Positions 38,345 through 50,399 of a DNA stretch of 64,000 bases are shown here, piece after piece (within the stretch, counting starts at the first letter, position 1; the number at the start of each line of letters is the position of its first letter). The notes below the pieces were generated by a model. It was given only the letters and a program-made list of their open reading frames with translations. It searched no databases and was not told where the DNA came from. Both the position numbers and the translations under genes were made by a program. The stretch is from assembly GCF_006345805.1 (NCBI RefSeq), contig NW_021832127.1, positions 177,891 through 241,890 on the forward strand. Direction: 5' to 3'. This stretch comes from Octopus sinensis. Lineage: Eukaryota.

Positions 38345-39340
38345 GTAATCCATGCGGCCCGGTAAGAATTTTGCAAGCCAGGTTTTGTAGATTGAGTTTA
38401 GACCAGTCGTGAGAATTTTGTTGGTGAGACCACAACGAGGGACGCTGTCAAAAGCCTTATATATTTCGATGAAAACTATGACTGTTCGTTTTGGGGGTCT
38501 CTTCTCATTGAATCCGTCGAGGAAAGTATTTGGAAAGCGTTGTTAAGTGAGATGTTAAGTGCAATGGTTTAAAACTATGTTGGATATGGGAGGTTAGTAA
38601 GTAATTAAATACTCGTGAAAAGATTAGTCTTTCAAGTCTTTTGGCGTTAGAAGCTTAGAATGCCAGACGGTTTGTTTGGTTTGATCCTCCAGAGAGACGG
38701 AATTTCGTTTTTTGCATTAGAATTGTTGTAAATAGAGAAAATGGCATTGATTGCGTTAGAGACAATTCTATTAAATTGGTAGATTGAAATGTTGCCAGGA
38801 CCCGTGGTGGGGGAATTTTACAATGCGAGACTTCGTCTGCAAAAAAGATGGCTTTCTCCGAAATTAGGTAACCTTCCGATCATTTTATTAGATTTTTTGT
38901 GACTTAATGAAGCGTAGTATTTCATCATGGCATTTACCTGCTGAACCGGATTGAGTGGGGTGTTTGAATGAGAAGTATCAGATTCGTGGGATTCTGTCTT
39001 TCAAACATCATTTCCTTGAGGATCTTTCAGATTTTGAAGCTGTTTAATCTGTAGTCAATTGAGGCGATAAATTCAGTCCACTTGGAATCTGCGTGGAGAT
39101 TTATGACAGCGCTAATTTGTTTGTTTATGTTTCTCAGTTCGATAGAGGACTCGACAAAGTGCCTTGTGGACACATCTGTTTCAGTTTGTTGCGAGTCTTT
39201 ATGAGGAAATTTTTTTGTGGCTCTAACTTTGGGGAACTTTTTAATTTTTTCTCGAGGGATGATTTTTTTTAAATTAGAGTGATGTGAGCATTTAGGTAAC
39301 TGACTGCTGCATCTGTCAAGCGAAAGGTGCTGAGTTGAAA
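38345..39340 (-). mobile_element. decayed LINE RT
   Basis: AKRLERLIFSRV..QHSFKPLH..TVIVFIEIYKAFDSVPR. Confidence 0.65.
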
Positions 39341-39649
39341 CCATTTAGAAAATTTTTCTATAACAAGGCGATATTCGTCCCAAGAAGCTCTTTTGTAGCT
39401 AGTGCAAAAAAGCGTTGTCTACATCTTACGGGGGAAAGGTTATAGGTCTTTTGGTAATAAATCATCCAAAAATCGACAAATAAATATTCCCTTTTTATCC
39501 ACACAAAAAGCAGACTTGTCATTAGATGAAAACTCGTTTGAGACAAACACGGATTAAATATAGTGATCCAGTTATTATAGTGTTAGACAATGCACCAGCT
39601 CTCAAAATCGAAGAAGTTCTTTGATTAGAAGAACTTGATGATTTTCATA

Positions 39650-39950
39650 TTCTTCGGTGTGTGAAAACTCGAGGGTCGCACCTCGATTGTTGTCCAGCAC
39701 AACAGACCGCACCTCGATTGTTGTCCAGCACAACAGACCCGATATTGTGGTCCACGATAAGGTCTCCGGGGAGATTTTTCATCGTGGAGGTGGGAATCAC
39801 TTTCCTAGATTGTTTACAGAAAGTGGAAGTAACGAAAAAGAGGAAGTATGTCCTCCTTGCAGACAAACTAGAGGTTATGCATCAGTGTAAAGTCCATGTC
39901 ATCCCGTGTGTGATGGCATGGGATGTTGTCGTATTTTGCAGCAACCATAT
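39650..39950 (+). mobile_element. R4/Dong-like RLE endonuclease remnant
   Basis: HNRPDIVVHDK..FIVEVGIT..KKRKYVLLADKL..IPCVMAWD, with a frameshift. Confidence 0.75.
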
Positions 39951-40499
39951 AATTGATTTTTTTGTTAAATAAAGGAAATTGCTTGGCGAAAATTAAGGCT
40001 TTGCCAAAAAAGCTTTAAATTTGGTATACAGTGCTGGACTTAACAAAAAGTTTGATATACATATTATGCAAAAATAATTTTTTGCTGTAACTCTAAAATT
40101 AAAGAATTATACTTTTTCTACAAAATCAAGCTTAATCTTTTTTAATGAAAAAAGGGTTATTATTTTTCAAGTCAGTCTTTTTAACACTTTTCCATGACTA
40201 AGACACCTATGAAATTGTGATACAGGACGTTATATTCAGTCTCAAAGTCGTCCAAAAATGTTTTTAATTGTTTTTTTCTTCGACTGACAGTGGGCACATT
40301 TTTTCTCAATTTTCTTGACTTCAAGCCTCAAAATTAGGTAAATTTTATTTTTTAGTAGACTGTATAATCGATCGCGCCAAATAAATATAATCATGTTCAT
40401 ACTACCATCATTAAAAAAAACCAAAAATATTACCTCGATTATTTTCGTTTTCAGTTCTCTCTCTTCAATTTTTTTTTTTTACATTTGATTTATTTATTT

Positions 40500-43138
40500 T
40501 TTTTTTCAAAAGGCCAATTTGAAATATATGGAAAGTTAAATTAATCAGAAATTAATCGGCCAGCAAGCCGGATGGAACAGCTGTTCCCACGCACAACGGC
40601 CAACAGGATCCTTTGGATTAGGAATGTAAATTCCCTAGGATCTTTGGAGCGTAATGAACAGAGGTGGCCAAGTTTCTTCAGATGATCAATAGTCTTTGTG
40701 CCAAAGACGCACGAAGTCTCAACAACAATTGGCCAAAACCAAAAGCCGTCTAACAAGCCCTGGTATTTTTCGGATTTTGTATATTCAGCCCTATTAGCAC
40801 GGGACCCGGGCAGAGAGGCGGATTCGTTGATGGCCGACTTAGAGAAGGAATCAACACACGTGGCATCCCAAACTAGTGGTTTACCAGCGTCGAAAGCGAA
40901 CAACGTCGAGCCATCAGGCCTTTTTCCGTCACCACGGTCAAGACCAATTGGCTCAAGGACAGAAGGATACCCTGCCTTTTCGAGGGCATGGAGAATGATC
41001 TTGTTAAGAGCCGAATGACGAGGTATGCGACCTGCGCTTTTCTTGCAGGAAAGGGCATGGAGCCCGTATGTGTCCATCGTTGATCCACACCGGCAGGGGT
41101 GGGGATTACAAATCGGTAGTCCGAGACGAAGGCATATTCCAAAACGGAGGGCATCAGAGTCGAGGCAGGTATCCAAATGGGTCGTGGGAAGGCAGTTAAG
41201 CCAGGAGCCAGAATACGGTTGGCGACTGGCACGGAAGCAAGCTAGTCTGTGCTGGTCCAAGAGACGCTCCAACGAGTCAACGTAATATTCACAAATAATT
41301 TTGTCCCATTCACGTTGGAGAGATCGTTCTGACGGTAAGACGAAATCCTTTTCCTTCCAAAGCAAGAGTGCAGAATTGATATCAGAGTCCAAAGTTGATT
41401 CGGGTGATTTTTCAAGAATCTTATGGACAAGAAGATACAATCCTGAAGAAGATGAAAGGAAAGCGGGAAGAGAAAGGTCGAGCGCGGAGCGAAGCCCCAG
41501 ACCGCCAAAGGATACAGGAAGTTTGGCCTGACACCAACTAACGTCATCAAACTTGACATTAAAAATCTTCTCAGCGGAAGAACGCACCAGAGCGTCGAAA
41601 GAATCCAAGGCAATAGGAATAGAAAAGCAGCGGGAACTCCTTAGGACATAATTGATTTTCGGGATCAGAAGATAATTTTTGAGAATGAAATAAGCAGGGT
41701 GGGGATCAATATCTGCAAGTTTATCACAAAGGGAAGAAAGGGCATTCCTCTTGGAATTAAGAATACGAATGGCGGATTGGTCGTAGATCGGAGCACCCAA
41801 GATTTCGAGATCGGCAGTGGAAGTATGTCTCAGATCGGGCAAAAGGCCTCGAAACTGAGAAAAAATGTTTTGAAAACTAACACGATCGATGTTAACATTT
41901 ACGATTTCAGATTTGAGAGAATTAATTTCGAGACCAATGGATGACAAAGCTGGGATTAGAGATTCCAAGTCCTTTAACAAAATATCGGGCGGACCACCAA
42001 TAGTACAATCATCCAAATACCAAATATTCAGTGGCGACAAATTCTTGCGGGCAATAAAATCCACGGAAAGGGCAAATAATAACGGGCCCAAAGGATCGCC
42101 TTGCTGTACACCACAAGAGGAGGAAATAAAGGAATCACCTGCAGCCAAAAGGCTCGGGTATCCATATGAAAGAAAAACAAATGGCAGCAATGAAGGAATT
42201 CTGTCTTTACAAGCCTCAAGTAGATGCCCTCTATTGAGAGAATTGAACGCATTTTTAACATCCAATTTTAGCAGTAGCCGGGGCTTTTCAGAGAGGTGAG
42301 ACGAATCAATAAAACACCGGGATGCGTGGACCGCGGCCTCGCAGCCGCCAGGCACGCCAACGCCCAACTGAATGGGCTGGAGTTCGTCACTAATAGACGG
42401 AATTACCAGTTTGCACCTGACTTTTGCAAACAAACGGCGGAAAACATTTCCGACGGCAATAGGCCTAATGCCGCCGTCTTTTTTCTCCAAAGCTGTCAGG
42501 TTCGCAGAGAAGAAAAGCAGTCTAGCATGTTCAGATATATCCCCGCAGAGGAATAAGTTACATAGCTTGGTGATAGAATGTGAAAGACAGTTTCCGGCCT
42601 CGGCAGTATCGGAAATGAGGTCGATTAAGTGAATGGGACGGAGACCGTCAACACCACCACTACTATTGCCTCTGAAAGATTTCAAGGCAAACAAAAGTTG
42701 CTGGACAGACGAAGAAGCAATCGAGACCCCCTCTGGAGTTTGGGGACAAAAATTAGGCACATTGCCAGTCGGGTGCTTAGAGCTGAGAATTTTGACTACA
42801 TCCGGAGTAATGGTGCGGACGGAATCGGAAGATGAAAGAATGCGGACCGCAGAACCGACGTCGTGCGCCATTAAGCAGGAGTTGATACGTTTGCGTAACC
42901 GAATGGGGTTGTTTTTGGAAATGGATGAAGTTGTTTTATTAAACTTGCCCGTAAGAGAAGGCAGAATGAAAGATTCTTTCATGAACTTATTTATATTTTC
43001 TTTGATGGAAGAGGAAAGGGATTTGTTCGAGCATGAACCTTGAACTGGGGAAGTGAGGGCAAATACTGCAAAGCAGAACAGTTGTGCAAAAACAGAGATT
43101 AACATTATCTGAGATAAAATAACAAATTTCATCCTCAA
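40500..43138 (-). mobile_element. CRE-like RLE non-LTR retrotransposon, 5'-truncated, uninterrupted 865-codon ORF (RT + CCHC + RLE)
   Basis: GIRPIAVG, LDVKNAFN, GVQQGDPLGP, WYLDD, CRCG..HALSC, KRPDG..WDATC..EKY; A-rich tail near 40490-40510. Confidence 0.93.
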
Positions 43139-43199
43139 ATGTTAACATTTTTGCAAGAAATCTGATTCTCTATATTTTTTGGCGTAATTTCGCTTTTAT

Positions 43200-43400
43200 A
43201 GATTTTAATAACTAGGAACGGGTGTACCTTTCCTAGCAGGAATGGGTTGTAGGTAATAAACATATCATTGAATATAGTTGCAATTTTGTTTATAAGTGAC
43301 TTTGAACCGTACTTAATCAGCTCTGCATTGGTTTGATCCAGCGGGTGGTATTTCTTAAGTTTGCTAGCAGCTTGGGCGACCTTCTCCACCGTAATAGCCC
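43200..43400 (-). mobile_element. RTE-like RT remnant
   Basis: DQTNAELIKYGSKSLINKIATIFNDM. Confidence 0.45.
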
Positions 43401-43684
43401 TGTCAAGGTCTACGGCTGTGCAAGTAAAAATAGAATGTTCTTGGTAATTAAATTGAATTGATTTTCAAAATGATCGGCTATTAGTTCGGTTTGAACAGTG
43501 GGGTCATAAATAATTTTTCCCGTGTCATCGATGAGTTGGAGTTTGCTGTGTTTGCTTCTTTTAAGTAGTCATATGCCCCAAGAATATAATCGATTTGGTG
43601 AGTCATAAGTAGGGTAGCAACAAAGTTGACCTAACAAAATCAAAAATTGATCTCCATGAAGTCAACAAAATCATTTTTATTTTT

Positions 43685-44495
43685 GATGATATAAAATGTC
43701 AATTCCAGAAAAATGTTAACTGAGGTCAATAAGGAGAAGAACTGATGGCGATCCTGTTTCCCCTCACTATTTTGTTGACTTTTTTGATGATATAAAATGT
43801 CAATTCCAGAAAAATGTTAACTAAGATCAATAAGAAGAACTGATGGCGATCCTGTTTCCCCTCACTATTGCTTGGGACACGTTCTGGAGGAGCCATCTCG
43901 TCTCCAGAGGATTGTGTGTTCTCAAGGTCTTGAGACGTCCAATACACTTGAGGAAGCACAACGACTCCTTCCAAATAGATCCCAGGGTTTCGACAGCAAC
44001 CGGCCGGAAAACGTAACGATTGGTGAGCCCATCATATTTCTTCTTCTTGATGTCCTCTGCTTTATCCGCAGCTGTGCCGGCATTGCAGGCACTTTCCAAC
44101 ATTTTTGTCTTGGACAAGGAGTCGGAACATGTTGAATCCCATACGAGAGGCTTTCCCTCCAAAAACGGAAAGATAGTCATCCCGTCTGGGCGTTTTCCAT
44201 CTCCTCGGTCCAATCCAGGTGGTTCCAGCACTGATGGGAATCCGATTGAATCGAGAGCTCTTCTTATAACGTCGTTGAGAGCTGAATGCCTCGGGAATCT
44301 ACCAGCGCTTTTTCGACAGGAAAGAGGGTGAAGTCCAAATTGATCAATCGATGCACCACAGCGGCATTTGTGTGGTTCACAAACTTTGAGACCGATACGT
44401 AGACAGATACCAACTCGCAGTGTGTCAGAATCCAAGAGAGTCCCCAAGCTTCCGATCGGGAAGGCTTCCAAAAAAGAGGAAAGTTCACCAAAATG
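43685..44495 (-). mobile_element. 5'-truncated CRE-like element with a tandem duplicate of its last ~85 bp
   Basis: CRCG..HPLSC, KRPDG, WDSTC, AVETLG. 43685-43770 repeats 43786-43870. Confidence 0.85.
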
Positions 44496-44569
44496 TAGAC
44501 CTAAAAAGAAGTTTTTCAGACAATTTTTAGGCAATAATTTTTTCTAGAAACATGAATTATATAGAATCA

Positions 44570-44800
44570 CATAATATTTAACGTTTTTAGTTTCAAAATT
44601 CCGGTCTTTGTTCAATTTTTTTACGAACTGAAAACGAGCGCTCTACGGAACACGTAGTTGCCTGACACTGGAGTAAATGAAACTTTTTCAAATGCAAAAA
44701 AATTCCATCTCCGTTAATAATTTTACAAATTTCATTCGTGTTCAATCTCTTCTCGATGTATTCATTTATTTTACATGCATCTTCTTTTAAATCGATTTCT
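44570..44800 (-). mobile_element. hAT-like transposase C-terminal remnant
   Basis: QATTCSVERSFS..KDRNFETKNVKY. Confidence 0.5.
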
Positions 44801-45079
44801 CAGAAAATTGTAAGCATTTTGGATAGAAAAGTTCCCTGACTCAATTTCACTAAGAACATCGACGAATGAGGGTAATCAAAATTTATTGGGAAATTCTTGG
44901 ATAATTCTCGAGGCCATTGCTTATCCCGAGGACTTCTCGTCTTTTCGCAATCAGTTGCCCATTCTATTCTACAAAAAAAGAATTCTGATAAAGTAAACCC
45001 ATGAGATTATTTCGAATCGTCCATACGGATTGATAACCGAGGAAAAGAATCCATTCTGCCCTCTCTGGGTGGTCTAAGA

Positions 45080-47402
45080 CAGGGGTCGGCAAAAGCAGGC
45101 TCGCGAGCCTTTGAAGGCTCTTTAACTCTTACGGTAGGCTCTTTCAATTTTTAACTATTTTTTTTGTTTTGTTAATAACAAAAAATCTTTGCACGTTTAA
45201 CATTTATTTTTTGTGGTACATCGATTTATGCCTAGCAATAAAAAAATTAATTAAAACATCGATATATCGCGACATATTCAATCAAAATGAACTGAAACTT
45301 TTTCATTCACGTCTAATTCAGAACAACTACCGAAATGTCTCATTTGCCAGGAAACTTTGAATCAAAATAAAAAGTCAAATTTAAAGAGACACTTTAATAC
45401 AAAACACTCAAATTTCGCAAAAAAATATCCAATTGGTGATTCCCGAAAGAAAGCTGTAGAAGAACTTGCAAAGAATAATCAGATTGAGAATTCCGCTTTT
45501 AAATATTGGTATCATAATGCCAGGACTGCAAATATTGCCAGTTTTTTGATAAACCACGAGATCGCAAAAAGGGGAAACCATTTACCGATGGCGAATTTAT
45601 AAAGGCATGTTTCATTAAAACCTCTGAAGAACTTTTTCACGATTTTTCAAATAAGGCAGAAATCGTGAATAAGATAATGAATATACCTTTATCTGCGAAA
45701 ATAGTAGCCGACAGGACTTTTAAGATGTCTTCGAATGTATCTGTTTAACAAGTTTCTGACATGAAATTGTCTAATTCAATTTCAATAGCAATAGATGAAT
45801 CATGTGATATAAATGACATTTCACAAGTATCATTGTTCATGTCATACTTAGGTGTCTCTGTCTGTTCGTTATGTGTTTCGAGGTTTCCTGAGGCAAGAAC
45901 TTTTGGCATTATTGCCTCTAAAGGGTCAAACCCGTGGTGAAGATCTTGTTGGCGCAGTCGTAGAATATTTTGAAACAAATTATATTCCTCTTAATAAAAT
46001 CGTTTCAATTTCAACTGACGGTGCTGCAAGCATGCTGGGATCGAGAAAGGGATTTATAACTTTAATTAAAAGGAGAATTGATCATGAAGTGATTACTCTA
46101 CATTGTATTATCCACCAAGAAGTACTACCTGCGCAAACATTTCCGAAGGAAATTTTAGAAGTGATGGAATTGGTCATAAAGATTACTAACTTCATTATAT
46201 CAAGAGTAATATATTATTTATTATATATTTAAGGGACTTGATCATCGGCTATTTAAAGAGTTGTTAAACGAAACCAACAACGAGTATATTGATCTACTTC
46301 AATACAACAAAGTTCGCTGGCTTTCGAGAGGGAACGTTTTCAATCGGTTTGCTTCTTGTATGGAAGAAGTCAAACTTTTTTTAAATGAGAAAAAAATTCA
46401 TTATGACGAATTAAGTGATGACCAATGGCTGCAGAAATTCTATTTTATGGTTGACATAACATCAGAATTAAACAAACTTAATTCAAAATTGCAAAGGAGT
46501 GGAAATATTGCATTTTTCATGTATGAGGAAGTGATATTATTAGAAAAAAAATTAATTCTGTTTGAAGAGGATATAGAACAAAATATTTTACATTTTCCTA
46601 AATTACGCCAATATTTGAAAGAAAATGATCGAACTATAAATAAAACTTATTTTAAAAATGCTCTTTTGTATATGAAGGAATCTTTCAATGACAGGTTAAA
46701 AATGAATGTTTAAATATAAAAAGGTTTAAGGATTTTAGAAAAGAAAAAGCAACACTATCGTTCGTTATAAACCCTCTACGTGCTAAAGTCAGCAATTTAA
46801 ATTTATTGCCATTTGAGATCAACGCAGCTGAGTTCGAAATGCAGCTATTGGACTTGACATGTAAGGAACTATGGGCATCAAAATTTATTCGCCTTTCAGA
46901 ATTACTTGAAACAGAAACATTGTCTGGTAAAATTAAAAATGATATTAATGTTATACAAAAGAAACCTGAAGATGTGATTTTCGAAACTTGGAATTCTCTT
47001 CCAGATTCTTATTATGAATTAAAAAAATTTGCATACGGAATTTTGACAATATTCGGGTCCACATGTGTGAACAAAGTTTTTCTCATATAAATTATATATA
47101 TAATCGAAATTAAGGAACAAAATTACAGATTCGAATTTGGAATCTAACCTCAGATTAAAATTAACGACTTACGACCCAGACATTAGCCAACTCTCCAAAG
47201 AAATGAGGAATCACATTTCTCATTAATGCGTCTAATTAATTTAATTTTTTAAAATGAATTCTTAATTATTTTTTAAATTAATGTCTATTTAATTGTATGA
47301 ATTTAAATTTTTGACAAGTGGTAAAAGGTGGCTCTTCAATTTTTCGAAATTTCCAAAAATGTTCAAAATTGGCTCTTCTCCAAAAGTATTTGCCGACCCC
47401 TG
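45080..47402 (+). mobile_element. hAT (SPIN/GTF2IRD2-like) transposon, decayed, with two tiny introns
   Basis: 14-bp TIR CAGGGGTCGGCAAA; perfect TSD gtcTAaga. AIDES, TDGAASM, KVRWLS. Introns at 46206-46233 and 46695-46723; also true stops and frameshifts. Confidence 0.93.
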
Positions 47403-47845
47403 GTCTAAGAGAAAAAAGTGTTCAGAGTCGATGGACAAATCTAAAAATTCAATATTATATTAATAAAATTATGAATTCCATCTTTTAACAATATATTTAA
47501 ATCGGATATACAGCAACATAAGAGATGCTAACTTCCGATAGAGATTATCATTTTTCCTATAGCTAAAGAGACCGAGTGGACAATTCGGAGAACTAACTTA
47601 AATTCGTTATTACAAAAGTTTTGAGAAAAGCTCTTAGTTTACCCTTCTTCAGTTCTTCAACTTTCGCTTAATGCGGATTTATGTGTGAACACACAGAAGA
47701 ATCGGCTAAAACCATTCCTCCTGATTGGTGGATAGAAATAACTCTGCTATTAGCCTGTCAAGATTCCCCCTGATTAGAACTAGCGCACAAATGAAACATT
47801 AAAATTAGGTCATTTACTAAAATTATTATAGCACATCCCGTAATA

Positions 47846-49068
47846 CAGTCCCGTCCAAATGTTAGAGGCACCTTATTTTTTCCCTAAAAAGGCACTTATT
47901 TATTAATTTTCGAAAGATTTTAAAGAATAAATTAGGTTTTTAAAGGAAATTAAACATTTCCAAAGTTTTTATAAATATTCGACCGATAGTATTCTCAAAC
48001 TTGAAAACAAAAAATAATTGGTCGCTCATATGTTAGAGGCACTTATGTAAAAAGCAATAATTCTATAATTTATTATTATTAATTCTAATAAAAAATTCAA
48101 ATGCCTCGTGCATCAGCTTATAACAGGTTTCTCGTCATCGAAAAATTAAAATGTGGCGAATCTCAGGTGAAAATATCCAAAGATTTGGGAATCTCTCGTT
48201 GTGCCATTCAAAAAATTAAAAAGCGATTTTTACACGGATATTTATATAACGATATGCCAAAAAAGGGAAGGAACAAAAAATTAACCAAAAATGATGAACG
48301 CTATCTTATCAGAATGTCAAAATTACACCCAAAAATAACCGCCAACGATCTTCTTATATGCTGTAACTTTTCCGGAAAAGTGATTCTTTCGACAATTAAA
48401 CGAATTTTGAGACGCAACAATTTATTCGGACGCATTGCAGTGAAAAAACCAAAATTGACTGCATCTCAGGTTGATAAAAGATATACATGGTGTCTTACTA
48501 AAATTCCGTGGAATCAAGACGACTGGAATTTAGTGATATTTTTTGATGAATGCCGGATTCAGTTAAATCAGATGTCTAGGCAATATATAAGAAGACCCCC
48601 TGGATCAAAATTACAGAAAGAATATTCAATTGAAACTGTGAAATTCCCTTTATCAATTACGATATGGGGAGCATTTAAAAGCAATGGGCAAAGATCAATT
48701 GTCCCTTGCTGAAAAACAGTCGACTCCGCCGAATATCAACGCGTTATAAAAGAAGGATTTGAAAATTTTTATGAAGAAAATTATTTTCTTCAACAAGATG
48801 GAGCAACATGTCATACATCAAAATCCACTAGAGCGTTTATGGCCGAAAACAACATAAAACTCATGGAAAAATGGCCAAGTCAATCTCCTGACTTAAATAT
48901 AATTGAAAATCTATGGGCAATTTTAAAAAAAGAAGTTAAAAAATGTGGAGCATCAACGATTCAAGAATTATGGAATGAAACAAAGAAGATTTTTTATTCA
49001 ATAGTTTGTTATTAACAAAAAACTTTTTCCAAAAAATTACAAACAAGTGCCTTTTTTAGGAAAAAAAT
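47846..49068 (+). mobile_element. Tc1-like element with DD35E spacing, nonsense at 48710, right end truncated
   Basis: TA|CAGTCCCGTCCAAATGTTAGAGGCAC left end with inner repeat at about 48030. Paired-like HTH ORF 48101; QQD-35aa-E (WPSQSPDLNIIE). Partial inverted copy of the left end at 49043-49068. Confidence 0.85.
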
Positions 49069-50059
49069 GTCTCAACGTAATTAAAAATCAGTCCATTGTG
49101 CGCAACTCAGTATTGAGGATGATATTTATGTATCTTTTTTATCAAAGGATCCATAAATAAAAAGATAATATTTGATAAAAAAACACTATCCAGCTGAATA
49201 ATTTTTTACCCTATTTTTTTAAAATCGATAAAGAGTACGCCAAAAATTGTCCAATTTGGCATTTCTTCGACACTTTCTGAATTTGTGACTGATTTGTTTG
49301 TCACCATAGACTTGTTTTAGTAAAGAACTGTGAATGCTTCTAGTCTGTCTTTTTTATTTTCGAAAAGCTGTTCGTCAATAACTAACAGCTTTTCAATTAA
49401 CGCGTATGAAAAGTAGAATAAAATAAAACTACATTTCGACACGATTTTTTTCAGTACTTAATTAAATTTTTCTTCTTCATCTGATACTAAATCATAAAAG
49501 TGTTTAGATTGAGAGCTCTCCACTTATAGAAGCATCCCATCAATGTAAAAGACAGGAAAGTAGTATTTTTCTTGATTACTAGTCCGAAGAGTCGACTTAT
49601 GTTGGTTTGGTAAGTAAATATTAGACTGTGGTCTACATGTAAATACAATAATGTCGAATATCTTAATTGATATAGCCGGAGTACTTTTTGGGCTGCTGTA
49701 TACTTTATTATTTGACAATGATTGACATGAGGAAAAAAGATATACAAACAGTTAATTAAATTAATTATCGCAACTAATAATTTGAAAATCAAAATTCGCC
49801 AGTGGCTGCACCGCGAATAGCAAGCGAGTTACCTCGCAAGATTACTATCGATAGCCTCTTGTACAACCAGCTGATTAATGATTAACATTGATTTCAGCTT
49901 CATAGTTTCAACTCCAGCTCGGTTTTAATCTTAGCTCGTGGCATAAAGTTTATTTATAATTCTAATAAAAAGAAATCCTTAAAGAAATTTGGTAAAATCT
50001 TGGATTAATTCGCTTCTATCGTCAGAAAAAATTTTCGCATAATTGTATAATTTTTTTTA

Positions 50060-50365
50060 ATTTATTTTTAATGAAATGAAATCGGAAACTAGTAGAGCTA
50101 TATCGGACCTTGGGGTCATTCCGACGAAAACGCATTGCGGATCGAGAGGCAGATCCCGCGTAGAATAGAGATCGAGACGCGCTGGAAAAGTTAACTCGCC
50201 TCCCTCCGGTCATGGGTCTTTAAGACAATTTTATCGCCGAGAATACGCAACAACCTCTCGGTCTCCTTATCGACCACGTCAGTGGTCTCAAAAGCAAGAG
50301 GGACGAACTTTTAAGCGTCAGAAAGGAGTACGTATTTTGACCTCTTCCTCTCCTCCGCAAGTGCC
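50060..50365 (-). mobile_element. CRE-like 3' fragment
   Basis: EERKRSKY..FVPLAFETT..HDRREAS*LFQRVSISILRG. Confidence 0.75.
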
Positions 50366-50399
50366 CAAGCGTATCCATTTTCAATAGAATTGAGCACGT

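Noticed and set aside
40698-43043. Many overlapping + strand ORFs
   Set aside because: Antisense shadows of the GC-richer retrotransposon ORF.
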